NCBI GenBank assembly: GCA_044226015.1
Contig: JBGAHS010000003.1
Coordinates: forward strand, 96,001-160,000
Length of the DNA stretch: 64,000 bases
Direction: 5' to 3'
Origin: Candidatus Obscuribacteraceae bacterium
GTDB lineage: Bacteria; Cyanobacteriota; Vampirovibrionia; Obscuribacterales; Obscuribacteraceae
Below, in pieces: positions 48,499-59,667 of this stretch (position 1 is its first letter; the number at the start of each line of letters is the position of its first letter). The position numbers and the translations under genes were made by a program. The notes beneath the pieces were generated by a model. The model made no database searches, was not told the origin of the DNA, and saw only the letters and a list, made by a program, of their open reading frames with translations.

Positions 48499-50829
48499 CT
48501 ACGTCTGTGACAAATTTTTGCTCATTTCAGCAATATTGAGGTTCAGATTCTTGAGTTTCGGCAAGTCTGAAGAGTCGCCCCCAAAGCGAATCTGCGAGTA
48601 AAGCTCAAGAAACTCAGCTAGTTTTTGCAAAAGCTCCTGCTCTTCCGAGCCGCTTCCTTTGAGAGCCAGACGAGTTTTTTCCAACAAGTCTGTTGGTGTT
48701 TCACTATACTCACGTACGACGCCAAACTCTTGCAGTGACTGGTTTAGCTTGACGTATTCTTTAGACGCCTCAGTGTTAACAAGCAGCTGATTTCTGCCAC
48801 GCTTAGCGGTCGAAGCTGAGAAATGGCTAAGTTTGGAGAGTAAAGTTCCCTTTGTCAGATAAAGCAAAGTGCCCAGAGCAAGCAGCGCGCCTACAAAATT
48901 CAGAGCGGGATGAGACTTGACCCACACGAAAGCGATAAAACAAGAATTCAGCACCGAGCTGAAAAGCTGTAGTAACGCTGCATTTGCTGACTGAACGAAG
49001 GCACTATTCCAAATCGCATTCCACAATGGCTTAAGGATCTGCTGCAAGTACGAGAAGGCACTCTGTGGCTCTTCCCCATAAAGAGCAGGCGCGTTGGGTG
49101 TCGCATCGAGCGGAATCCATCCGAAGCGAGGAGAAAATACTTCCACCCAGGAATGAGCATCACGCAATCTGACTTCCCAGAAGCCCGTGAAGGGGTTGTA
49201 CTGACCGCAAGTGTAACCCGTCACAAGACGCGCTGGAATCTGCTGGGTTCTGCACATAATGGTCAGAGCCGAGGCAAAGTGCTCACAAAACCCACGGTGC
49301 GAATACAACAAGAAATCAGAAACACTATCGCGGTTGGCCGGAGTCTCCGCAATTTCGAGATCGTAATCATAATGAGTTTGCAAAAACCTGCACATGCGCT
49401 CGGCTCTGGCAAAATTATTTCCCTTACCGGAAATCTTCTGGGCTAGTTTAGCTACCCCTGGGTCAAGCATAGGCGGCACCTGCAGGTAGTTTTGCTCTTC
49501 AGTGTCCTCCAATTTCCACGGACGACCACGAAGGACATTTGAATCACTCAAAGCCCGCAACTCTCTATAGTCATAAATTGGAACCTGCGAAAATGCGCTG
49601 TACACCATATCCTTCTGCATGCCGACCGGGGCACGCAAAGCACCATAGGTGTCGACCTGAATAGAGGAACCTGGAAAATAAAGTTGGTAAGGACTGCTTG
49701 CCGTAACAATCAAATTAGAGCTGTCTTGCTCTACATAAAACATTTGAGTAATAGTTGTGTTGTAAACACGGCGAAACGGTGTGAGCTTCAAATCAAGGTT
49801 GAAACCATGGTCATCACGAGCTAACAACTCTTGAGTTTCCTTAGGTCGCGTCATCCTCCATATTTTGCCATCAAAGTTGTCGTAAGCCATTCCGCGAAGA
49901 TTCAAACCAATTTTGCTGAGTACTCGCAGCACTACAGTGTCGGAAAGCCTTCCACGATAATTCGTATCGAATTCCTCAGCAAAACCAAAATAGGCGTCTT
50001 CTGGGTGCACGATACCTTTGGTAGCACCGGCTCCATTTTCGCTAAGCTTGTTCAGAAAATCTGATTGTATTTGAAACGGCAAATTCAAGCCAAGCCGAAA
50101 CTCTTTGTTGAGATTCAGCTGCACCTTTGGTGCCACCAAGAATATTCCTAAGCTCGAAACTGAAAAGATTGCCAGAGCGATGCAAGCTTGAATCACTGCA
50201 GGCGAGAACCGCTTTCGCTGCCCTCCCGTGCCACTGAATTTCCTCGCTGTCTGCTCAAGATTAGAAGCATCTGCACCAATAGTTTTTGCACGGCCCAGGC
50301 TTCTTGAGGCACAATCAAATTGGAACATGATTACAGTCAAAGCCATAAACACGAACAAATAAGCTGCGAAAACCAGCTCACGACTGAGCGTCGACGCTGC
50401 AGTCATCAGAGTAAATCCTACCAGAAAAGAAACGCTGAGGTCTCTGCGACGCGGCACATCAAAACAGTGCAGAGCCACAAGCACCATCAGAAGCTTGGTA
50501 AGTGGAACCCTTGCGTCCGCGACGTTCTGATTCGCCAGCACTATAATCTCGTTAAAAAACAAAACTGCTGCAATAATAATTCCAACAGACAGAAATATCT
50601 TTACGACCAGGTTATTCTGATAGCGACGCTTATAACTAACATAGCTTCCAAGAATGCTACCACCAATACTCAAAGCGATCAGCCAGAGCGGCGCTTCGGT
50701 GAGCGGACTCGCGGCAAGAACCCCTGTAATCGCCAACCCCGTTGTCACCACTCGCAGTGGCACCGAATCTTCGATGTAAGTATCTTTGTGTTTTTTAGCT
50801 GCTTTCGAAACTATCGTCGTTATAGACAA
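48499..50829 (-). CDS. Transglutaminase-like membrane protein (TgpA-type: DUF3488 + transglutaminase core + C-terminal domain)
   Basis: N-terminal TMs; catalytic GFCEHFASA, IPARLVTGY, AHSWVEV, GWIPLDATP. Confidence 0.92.
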   Translation of the reverse strand: MSITTIVSKAAKKHKDTYIEDSVPLRVVTTGLAITGVLAASPLTEAPLWLIALSIGGSILGSYVSYKRRYQNNLVVKIFLSVGIIIAAVLFFNEIIVLANQNVADARVPLTKLLMVLVALHCFDVPRRRDLSVSFLVGFTLMTAASTLSRELVFAAYLFVFMALTVIMFQFDCASRSLGRAKTIGADASNLEQTARKFSGTGGQRKRFSPAVIQACIALAIFSVSSLGIFLVAPKVQLNLNKEFRLGLNLPFQIQSDFLNKLSENGAGATKGIVHPEDAYFGFAEEFDTNYRGRLSDTVVLRVLSKIGLNLRGMAYDNFDGKIWRMTRPKETQELLARDDHGFNLDLKLTPFRRVYNTTITQMFYVEQDSSNLIVTASSPYQLYFPGSSIQVDTYGALRAPVGMQKDMVYSAFSQVPIYDYRELRALSDSNVLRGRPWKLEDTEEQNYLQVPPMLDPGVAKLAQKISGKGNNFARAERMCRFLQTHYDYDLEIAETPANRDSVSDFLLYSHRGFCEHFASALTIMCRTQQIPARLVTGYTCGQYNPFTGFWEVRLRDAHSWVEVFSPRFGWIPLDATPNAPALYGEEPQSAFSYLQQILKPLWNAIWNSAFVQSANAALLQLFSSVLNSCFIAFVWVKSHPALNFVGALLALGTLLYLTKGTLLSKLSHFSASTAKRGRNQLLVNTEASKEYVKLNQSLQEFGVVREYSETPTDLLEKTRLALKGSGSEEQELLQKLAEFLELYSQIRFGGDSSDLPKLKNLNLNIAEMSKNLSQT

Positions 50830-52004
50830 AGAAGATCCTCCATTCGTGAGATTATCTTCTTATCGTCAAGCCCCGCAGAGGGTTGAGATTTAGCAATATG
50901 TAAACGAGTCAATACCTTGTTCTGCTCCGCGATACTGAAGCTAACAGGCGCTTCACCCAGGTCAGGAGTGATAAGAATTAGCGCGCGTGCTCTGTCGTCA
51001 AAAGCAGAAGGGTCAGAGAATGAGAAGACAGATGTCTTCTTCTTGCTCTGTTCCAATGAAGCCAGAGCAAGCAATTGTTCTTGAATTTCAACAATGCGCG
51101 ATGATGGCACTGAAGCACCTTTAAGAACAGGCTCATTCAAAATCAAAAGCTCAGGATGAATTCCTTGTGCATGCCCGAAAGCCAGCAAGCTCGCAGCAGC
51201 GCTGACAGCAAGCTCAAATTGTTCTTCCGTACCCCAGCTAGCCGCGAGATCGAACGCCACATCATAAACCGGAACTCCCTCGTTTTCGAATTCTTTTACC
51301 ATCAAACGTCCATGACGAGCGCTCACAGCCCAGTGAATATGCCTTCGGCTGTCAGTCCTGTTGTACTCACGAATGCCTCTTGCGTAGCAGGTCTGAAACC
51401 CGTGATTAGAATTTTGTGAGTCACCAGGAACATATGAATCAGAGCGCAAGCCTTTCAAGAAAGCACCCTCTAGAGGAACGGTCTTTGGCAAAACGACAAT
51501 TCGAGACTCTTCCGCACGGTAAGACGCTTTAACCCATACCAGCCCCATCGGGAAAGAAGTTTCGACGAGCACCGCAGGTAATGCACGAATGCCACGCTTC
51601 ATACCTCTTGCATTCAAAGAAAGAATCACTCTGCGGTCTGCCAAATCCTGTAAATAAGCAGACTCCGAAACAGCATTAACACCCGGATAGGCCACAGCGT
51701 CATCTGTTTTGGACCGCACAATTAAGTGCCTCAGCATCGACGTCATCAAGCCGTCAGTTTCCAGTTGCATTAAAACCGGGATAGAATCACCAGCATCGAC
51801 CATTGCGGGTCCGCTCACTCGAACCTTAAGCTGGCTCAAAAGAACATACGGCATCACTAGCGAGAGAATTGCGGCACCTAAAGCCGAGCATGAGAGAAAC
51901 AGAGCCCAGCCGCTACCCACGCTGGCAGCGACTCCAAACGTAACCAGACTCAGCAGAATAGCAAGAAAAAATCTGCTTTCAAATTTCAGGTGAACGGTAT
52001 TCAA
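50820..52004 (-). CDS. DUF58 domain protein
   Basis: FPMGL, V.P, GIREY..TD..RHIHWA.SAR.G.LMVKEFE; FELAVS.AASL. Confidence 0.9.
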   Translation of the reverse strand: MNTVHLKFESRFFLAILLSLVTFGVAASVGSGWALFLSCSALGAAILSLVMPYVLLSQLKVRVSGPAMVDAGDSIPVLMQLETDGLMTSMLRHLIVRSKTDDAVAYPGVNAVSESAYLQDLADRRVILSLNARGMKRGIRALPAVLVETSFPMGLVWVKASYRAEESRIVVLPKTVPLEGAFLKGLRSDSYVPGDSQNSNHGFQTCYARGIREYNRTDSRRHIHWAVSARHGRLMVKEFENEGVPVYDVAFDLAASWGTEEQFELAVSAAASLLAFGHAQGIHPELLILNEPVLKGASVPSSRIVEIQEQLLALASLEQSKKKTSVFSFSDPSAFDDRARALILITPDLGEAPVSFSIAEQNKVLTRLHIAKSQPSAGLDDKKIISRMEDLLCL

Positions 52005-52011
52005 GGCATGT

Positions 52012-52959
52012 TTAAACCGGGACAGAAACAGTGTTTAGTATTCGTTCTATCAACTTGGCGTGACTAACCTTATTGCCCCTCTGCTTAGGAATCACTCTGT
52101 GCCCAAACACGAATGGTGCCAGTTGTTTAGTATCTTCGGGCTTCACAAAATCTCTTCCATTTAGATATGCCGCTGCCTGGCTGGCACGCATAAGAAGCTG
52201 GCTGCCACGGGGGCTGACTCCCAGTGAAACCTCGCTATCATTTCGTGTTGCAGTTGCAATATCGACTATGTATTTCTTGATGGAACGATCGACTTTTACC
52301 TGTTTCACATTTTTTCGTGCGGCAAGAACCTGCTCAACAGAGAGAACCGACTCAACTTCAAATGAGCCCTCTGCCAGGGTTTTGTCGAGAATCTCAATCT
52401 CCTGATCCAGATCAGGATAACCAAGCTGCATTGACAGCATAAAGCGGTCTAGTTGTGCCTCTGGCAACGGAAAAGTTCCGTGATACTCAACTGGGTTCTG
52501 CGTTGAGATAACAAAAAATAATTCTGGCAATTTTCGAGTTTCACCATCTACGGTGACTTGCCCTTCCTCCATAGCTTCAAGCAAGCTAGATTGCGTGCGA
52601 GGAGTGGCTCGGTTGATTTCATCGGCCAACAAAATATTGGCAAACAGAGGACCAGGTTCAAACACGAAGTTACTATTTCGCTGGTCAAACACATTAATAC
52701 CCGTGACATCTGCCGGGAGCAAATCAGGGGTGCATTGAATTCTCTTAAAATCAGCGGATACAGATCGAGCCAGCGTCTTGGCAAGCAGAGTTTTCCCGAC
52801 TCCGGGCACATCTTCCAGGAGAACGTGACCACCAGCAAGAAAGGCAGTGCAAGCAAGATAGACAGCCTTTTGTTGACCAACCAGAACTGAGTTCATATTT
52901 GCCAACAAAGGCGATAAGTTGGCAGAGGCAGGATTATCGCGGGTTTCGAGTTTAGTCAA
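52012..52959 (-). CDS. moxR: MoxR-family AAA ATPase
   Basis: GGHVLLEDVPGVGKT, RIQCTPDLLPADVTG, LADEINRATPRTQS.LLEAMEE, TQNP.E..GTFPLPEAQLDRF, SPRG. Confidence 0.95.
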   Translation of the reverse strand: MTKLETRDNPASANLSPLLANMNSVLVGQQKAVYLACTAFLAGGHVLLEDVPGVGKTLLAKTLARSVSADFKRIQCTPDLLPADVTGINVFDQRNSNFVFEPGPLFANILLADEINRATPRTQSSLLEAMEEGQVTVDGETRKLPELFFVISTQNPVEYHGTFPLPEAQLDRFMLSMQLGYPDLDQEIEILDKTLAEGSFEVESVLSVEQVLAARKNVKQVKVDRSIKKYIVDIATATRNDSEVSLGVSPRGSQLLMRASQAAAYLNGRDFVKPEDTKQLAPFVFGHRVIPKQRGNKVSHAKLIERILNTVSVPV

Positions 52960-53138
52960 AGTAGTTCCTCCGGAATTGGTTTATTCCCTGACAACACCCC
53001 AAAACCACCTCCTGGTCAAGTTTTGTGACTGCTTGACTGTTCAAAGCTGTCTGCCATGCAGAAGGCAACAATCGTTGCAAAAAGCTGCCTGACGATGAAT
53101 ACACGCTATAATTGGCGAGTTCAGCAGAGGGTAATTCA

Positions 53139-54071
<933 letters not shown>

Positions 54072-54125
54072 GCGAGCAAAATTCTGAGCACGCAGCTAAG
54101 AAACGAATTCTATGCTTCGGCTTAG

Positions 54126-57100
54126 CTACGCTTTGGGGCGCGGAACAGGAATCTTGATTTGCGCACCATTATTAGTCACGACAACGACATCAGAATCATT
54201 GTCTTTCTGGAATTCAATCTTAGCTTTAGCACCAAGCAATTGATTCAAAGCTTTGAGATAAGTGTCGCGATCCTTCCCTGCGGAAGGAACCTTTGTGCCC
54301 AGCTCTTGTAGCAACTTAGCTTGATTTTGAGGATCTTTGAGATCGGTAGAAAGCACCGCGGAAATGGCTTCTACTTGCTTCTGAGTTGCTTGCAAATTTC
54401 CGTCGCGATCGCGATGAAACTCTCCAGCTTCTCCGCCAGGCTTCTTGAACGTCTCGTCAGTGCTGCCGTCCTTGCTTACCACGACCTTGTTGTCTTTGTT
54501 GATGTTAACGGTCAATACGCCGTCTTTATCAACAGAGGCGGACAGCTCAGGATAAGATGTCGTTTTCAAACGCTCTACGTTCGCCCTTGCTGTTCCGGGT
54601 TGCGCCGGAGGCAGAACGAAATCTGAAACATTCCCTTTGGCGTCAGCCACGTAAGACATCGACAGATCTTTACCGTCAGCTGACTTCCAAGTCTTATCAA
54701 CAGAATAGAGCCCCTCTGATGGTGACCATTCAGTGTGAGTGCTTATGTTAGTCTTTTCGTCTTTGCTATCTGATACCAGAAGTCCATCGTCACTTAGCTT
54801 GTTTTCGTATTTGGTTCCCGGAGGCAAAGCTTCAAGCTTTCCTTCGCCATTCTTGTCTTTGAATCCAACAATTTTGCCACCATCTAGAATTGGCTCGAAC
54901 TCCTTCCCGCCCATAGTGATACTATCAACGGTGCCATCACTCTTAAGCCTGGCTTCCATTCCATTTTGATACGTGGCTTTCGTCTTACCGTCAAGATTCT
55001 CAACTACTGAGCCATTCGGCTTTAGCAATACTTGATCATTGCTTCCTGGCTTGCTCGACTTGATGATAGCATTGCCATCTTTGTCTTTTTGGATATCGTT
55101 CAAATTCCAATCTTTGGGATCAAGCGTTTTTCCGGTAGGAATAGTCTTCGCTTTTCCATCATCTCCAATGCGAAGAATAGGATTGTTCTGATCATTGTTC
55201 AAGCCCATCGGCTTGCCATCTTTGAGCGAAGAGGTGCGATAGAAATTCTCGCCTGGAGCTTTCTCAGATTTGCTTCGCTCTTTCAAATCATAAACAGTAT
55301 TAACATCTTTACCGTCTTTCTCAGAAACGACCACGAAGCGTCCGCGATCCGCTCCGATCGACTTTACAGGCGGCTGCCCAGCAACAAGAGTTTCCTTTAC
55401 AGCACCAGGTTTGGTCGGGTCATTAGCAGCAATTTGCAACTCAGTGATCGTAGACTTGGTTTGATCATTTCCATTTGCACCCTTAACAGTCTCTAGCTTC
55501 ATCTTCGCTATAGATCCGTCTGGCAAATAGAATGCGCCCTTGTCCTTGCCCATCTGAGTGACAGTGCCATCTTGAAGGACGTCGATCTTCCCGTCCTTAG
55601 AAGATAGGTTGACATCAACTCCGTTGCGATTGAATTGAACGGTACGATCTCCAGAAGCCTTATCAATCGTCTCTTTAATTCCATTGCCGCGGTCAACAAT
55701 CTTCTGGGTTTCTGTTTCAGTAAAATTGTCTCCCCTGGGCGCTCGGTTGAAGACTTCGACCTTGCCACCCTGACCGGGGCGTTCTGTCCTGATGGTACCA
55801 TCAGCGGTGGTGTTAAAATTCATATTCTCGAGCTTGCCACCATTTATTGGCTTGCCCTCACCATCTGTCACTGACCAGCTGTTATAGCCATTGGGCTTGA
55901 ACTGGTCCCTCGGAGGTTTATCAGCGGGTTGTCGGGGAGTATTCGCACCTTCGCGTCCCGTCCATTCTTGCATGCCAGGATTTTTCTCATCACCCTTGCG
56001 TGTCAGTACCTGCTTGATTTTTCCATCAGGCGATAGTTCTGTCACCTGCGAGATATCACCATCACCGTCGTGCTTAAACTTAAAGGTTCCCTTGGGTCCG
56101 TTAACCTCAGTCACCCGACCTGCAGCATCCTTCTCAACTACAGTAGGCTTGTCGCCCTGATTTTCAGGCGAATACATGGTTACAACAGAACCATCCTTTC
56201 GCTTCAAGGCCATTTTAGGCTCATCTTTAAATACGACGAGCTTATCGCCTTCCTTACCTAGCGGTTGACCCGTGCGAGGGTCATTCAATTTACTGGCGTC
56301 GGTCTGAGTTCCTTCGCGATAAGTCGAACCGTCATAATGGCGGACAGTCTGCTTGCCGTCTTTGGAAACTTCGGTCTGGGTTCCATTTTGCCAATCGCAA
56401 TTCATCTTAGACCCATCGGCATAACCGATGGTTGTTTTGTCAGATTGAGGTGGACCAGGCTGCGTATCGCGCTCTATAAAAGCCGGCTTCTTCGGATCAG
56501 CAGGCACGAATTCAATTCGCTTTCCGTCTTGCGACTCCTTGAAATTGCGCCAGTTAAAGCCATCCCAGGCTTGCTGACCAATCATTTTGCCATCAGGACC
56601 AGTTACAGTTTTTTTCCAATTTTTGAAGTCGTAGTCTTCAGTATTTCCGTTAGCACGACGAACAACTTCATGCCGATCAGGTCCTTCACCAGTCTTATAG
56701 CGCAAGTCGCCTGACTTGTTCAGATGAACATCGCCAACTACTTTCGTTACTTCAACTTCCTTGCCTTCACTGTCTTTTACTTTGACTTTCTGTGTTTCGA
56801 CCGGCAAGCCTTCGAGATTTACTTTGCCATCTTTGTCTGGCGCAAACTTACCTGTGCCCGACTTAACTATCAACTTCCCATCTTCGCCGCGCTCCATTTC
56901 CAGCTTGCTGGGCGGGTCACCCGGAGCTTCGACGGACATTGAACTAATCTTCCCATCCGGTCCATACTTAACTTTGTAATCGCGATCGCCGATTTGCATG
57001 TGCGTCGGCATGCCAGTTTCTTTATCGACATCGACGACACCGGCTCGCTCTCCCTCTCCAAGCGGCTTTCTAATATCTCCATTTTCTGGTTTTTGAAAAG

Positions 57101-58088
57101 TTCGGTTATCGTTAGTGGTAACCACATCAGGCTTACCATCAAACTTTGCCACCTGCTTTATGCCATTGGGAGAGCCGTCATTTCTGTAAGTATCTACTTC
57201 TTTGGCACCATCAGGTCCATTGCTACGATATTCTTTTTTGACTGCCGGCTGATCTTTACTTGGCTCTTTGAAGGCTGTGACCTTGCTTATGTCACCCTTT
57301 TCAAAACTGGTGACAGTCTTATCGCCATATTTATCGACAGTGCGTGCAGTGGTGTCTGAGGTGTCACCTGGCGCTTTCTCGCGGAACTTTTCTGTCTGTC
57401 TTAATCCCTCAGCTTGGCCGGGAGGATATGTGACTCTCTCTGCAAGCTCGCCTTCATTAAAGGTAGTTTTGACTTTACCATCAAGGTATGTTGTCTTTTC
57501 AGACTTACCATCGCTAGACTTCTCCGACGCTACGCCAGAGTCAATCATCTGCTGAAGAGTCTTTCCAGCGAACTGCTCTGTAGAAGTTTTCGGGTCTAAG
57601 TCAGTGCGTTTGCCGTCTCTATCTACCTTCGAATACTTTTGCGATTTGGGATCATACTCAATCGCGGTATTTTCATCGATTCGAGTGCTGGTCTTGCCGG
57701 TAGAGTCGACGTATTGTCCTGATTCTTTATCAGCAATTTTTAGAGAACGAAAATTACCTTGGCCCTTGTCCCAAGACTCGACCTTAGCGTCCTCTTTCGC
57801 TGCCGGAGGAGCGTCCTTAGCAGCAGGCGCTGCGTCTTTGTTCTTCTCAAATAACTTTTGCAGACTCTGCGCTGCAAGGTCGCCCGGCTCGCCGCCAGGC
57901 ACTGCACCCTGATTGTACTTGTAGTTGTCGCCCTTATCACGATTCATGAAATCGGTGCGGGCTTGATTCAACAAATCAGAAAACTGATCCGAAAGGCGGC
58001 TACTGGTGCCACTCTCCTCAATAGTTGGTGAGAACCTCTCAGCCTCATCCACCTTGGTTTTCGTTGGTCCTTCGTTGCCTTCTGCCAT
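54126..58088 (-). CDS. Giant hydrophilic K/D/G/T-rich repetitive beta-hairpin protein (1320 aa)
   Basis: Long ORF with many short strand-DG/NG-turn units; no TM segment or signal peptide. Confidence 0.85.
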   Translation of the reverse strand: MAEGNEGPTKTKVDEAERFSPTIEESGTSSRLSDQFSDLLNQARTDFMNRDKGDNYKYNQGAVPGGEPGDLAAQSLQKLFEKNKDAAPAAKDAPPAAKEDAKVESWDKGQGNFRSLKIADKESGQYVDSTGKTSTRIDENTAIEYDPKSQKYSKVDRDGKRTDLDPKTSTEQFAGKTLQQMIDSGVASEKSSDGKSEKTTYLDGKVKTTFNEGELAERVTYPPGQAEGLRQTEKFREKAPGDTSDTTARTVDKYGDKTVTSFEKGDISKVTAFKEPSKDQPAVKKEYRSNGPDGAKEVDTYRNDGSPNGIKQVAKFDGKPDVVTTNDNRTFQKPENGDIRKPLGEGERAGVVDVDKETGMPTHMQIGDRDYKVKYGPDGKISSMSVEAPGDPPSKLEMERGEDGKLIVKSGTGKFAPDKDGKVNLEGLPVETQKVKVKDSEGKEVEVTKVVGDVHLNKSGDLRYKTGEGPDRHEVVRRANGNTEDYDFKNWKKTVTGPDGKMIGQQAWDGFNWRNFKESQDGKRIEFVPADPKKPAFIERDTQPGPPQSDKTTIGYADGSKMNCDWQNGTQTEVSKDGKQTVRHYDGSTYREGTQTDASKLNDPRTGQPLGKEGDKLVVFKDEPKMALKRKDGSVVTMYSPENQGDKPTVVEKDAAGRVTEVNGPKGTFKFKHDGDGDISQVTELSPDGKIKQVLTRKGDEKNPGMQEWTGREGANTPRQPADKPPRDQFKPNGYNSWSVTDGEGKPINGGKLENMNFNTTADGTIRTERPGQGGKVEVFNRAPRGDNFTETETQKIVDRGNGIKETIDKASGDRTVQFNRNGVDVNLSSKDGKIDVLQDGTVTQMGKDKGAFYLPDGSIAKMKLETVKGANGNDQTKSTITELQIAANDPTKPGAVKETLVAGQPPVKSIGADRGRFVVVSEKDGKDVNTVYDLKERSKSEKAPGENFYRTSSLKDGKPMGLNNDQNNPILRIGDDGKAKTIPTGKTLDPKDWNLNDIQKDKDGNAIIKSSKPGSNDQVLLKPNGSVVENLDGKTKATYQNGMEARLKSDGTVDSITMGGKEFEPILDGGKIVGFKDKNGEGKLEALPPGTKYENKLSDDGLLVSDSKDEKTNISTHTEWSPSEGLYSVDKTWKSADGKDLSMSYVADAKGNVSDFVLPPAQPGTARANVERLKTTSYPELSASVDKDGVLTVNINKDNKVVVSKDGSTDETFKKPGGEAGEFHRDRDGNLQATQKQVEAISAVLSTDLKDPQNQAKLLQELGTKVPSAGKDRDTYLKALNQLLGAKAKIEFQKDNDSDVVVVTNNGAQIKIPVPRPKA

Positions 58089-58419
58089 GATTTTCAGGTC
58101 CTATAATTCGCGACTTCCATTAACCCAAGACAGAGACTGAACCAGTCTCGCCATTTCTGGGCCGCCCATAATCAATCTGGTAATGGTCATCCCCTGGCAC
58201 ATTGTGCCCTGAGAACGACTTTTGCTAACTCTGCATGCCAAGCACACAGCCGCAAGATTAACCGCATCTAAGAAATTTTAATGTGGACCGAAGCTTTCCC
58301 AATGGAACTCCCAAATTAATCATTCCTCTGCAGATAGGCTTAAAAGGCATCCGTAGATGTAAACGGGTGCAAAGTGCTAGCCTTGTCAGGCTCGAAGAGC
58401 CTAATTCTCGGACATTGAG

Positions 58420-59667
58420 ATGAAAGCATTTGTCAGCATCTGCCTGCCAGTTCGCAATGGCGCTGCGTTTTTGGAAGCAGCGCTAGAAAGCATTCTATGT
58501 CAAACATTTCCAGACTTTGAAATTCTTGCCCCTGATGATTGCTCAGACGACAGTAGCTTCGCGATTCTAGAAAAATATGCGCAACTAGACCCACGGGTCA
58601 AGACCTGGAGAAACCAGCGACAGCTCGGCTTATTCGCAAATTACAATCAGTGCATCCTCAATGGTTTAGGCAGCTACATCAAACCAATGGCACAAGATGA
58701 CATAATCGAACCAAGAATGCTTGAGGTATGCCTTGCTCGGTTCGCAGAACAACCGCAGCTTGCACTGGTCAGCACAGGACGAAAGATTCTTGATGAAGAC
58801 ATTAAAGAATACTTCCCGCCAACCGATATCGCCACACCAATCACACTCTTAAAAGAGCACGCATCATATAGCAGACAAGAAATCTGGCGCACTTGTTTGA
58901 TGCCACTGCGAAATATAATCGGCGAACCTTGCACTGTTATGTTTCGATCAGACACAAATTGCATGTTTTCAGAGCAATTGTTTCACGTTGGCGACCTGGA
59001 ACTCTGGCTAAGGCTTATGAGACATGGAGATTACTCCTATATTCCGGACGAACTCGCCACATACCGCAGACACAAAAACAACGCGACTACTCAAAATATG
59101 CGACAGTTGCGCGTAGTAAACGACATCATCCACTGCGGAGACACGCTCTCCTCAATAATGGCAGAGTGTGGAATTTCTAAAGAAGACTTTTTGAAGACGA
59201 ACTTAAAGAGCTTCGCAAGCCAAATACAAGTCCAAGTCAACGAAGGTATTTTTAGGGAGGCAGAGGACAATTCGCAAGAAATGGAATTGAGCCAGGCGGA
59301 AATGAAAGCTCTAAAGCGAGGGCTAATTCATACGCTAATGCTCCTAGCCAAAAACGACGAGAGCCAGACAAACGCTCAAGAAGATTGCAAGAAAATCGAG
59401 CTCAACGAAAGCAAATTGCGACTTCTGCTACAAAGTTTCCCCTGGCGAATTACTCGTCCACTGCGAGAATGCAAAAGAGCATTTGTCACACTGAGAAACA
59501 AAAGAATAAAAGAAACTAGCTTTTCATTTTCCTTCAAAAATCCGATTGAGTACTTAGACTACTTGCGAGCAGAAAGAAAGCGCATCGTCGAGAGCCGCTC
59601 ATGGAAAGTGGGTAAATTCCTTCTAGCAATTTTGAAATCTGCGCGCCTGAAGAGAAGCCTGCAATGA
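58420..59667 (+). CDS. GT2-family glycosyltransferase with helical C-terminal extension
   Basis: VSICLPVRNG..FL..ALESIL.QTF.DFEIL..DD.S.D, AQDD, IGEP..VMFR, DLELWLR. Confidence 0.92.
   Translation: MKAFVSICLPVRNGAAFLEAALESILCQTFPDFEILAPDDCSDDSSFAILEKYAQLDPRVKTWRNQRQLGLFANYNQCILNGLGSYIKPMAQDDIIEPRMLEVCLARFAEQPQLALVSTGRKILDEDIKEYFPPTDIATPITLLKEHASYSRQEIWRTCLMPLRNIIGEPCTVMFRSDTNCMFSEQLFHVGDLELWLRLMRHGDYSYIPDELATYRRHKNNATTQNMRQLRVVNDIIHCGDTLSSIMAECGISKEDFLKTNLKSFASQIQVQVNEGIFREAEDNSQEMELSQAEMKALKRGLIHTLMLLAKNDESQTNAQEDCKKIELNESKLRLLLQSFPWRITRPLRECKRAFVTLRNKRIKETSFSFSFKNPIEYLDYLRAERKRIVESRSWKVGKFLLAILKSARLKRSLQ

Noticed and set aside
54126..58088. RHS/YD polymorphic toxin
   Set aside because: No regular YD periodicity, no RHS core terminator motif, and no downstream immunity-like gene (it converges on glyQ).
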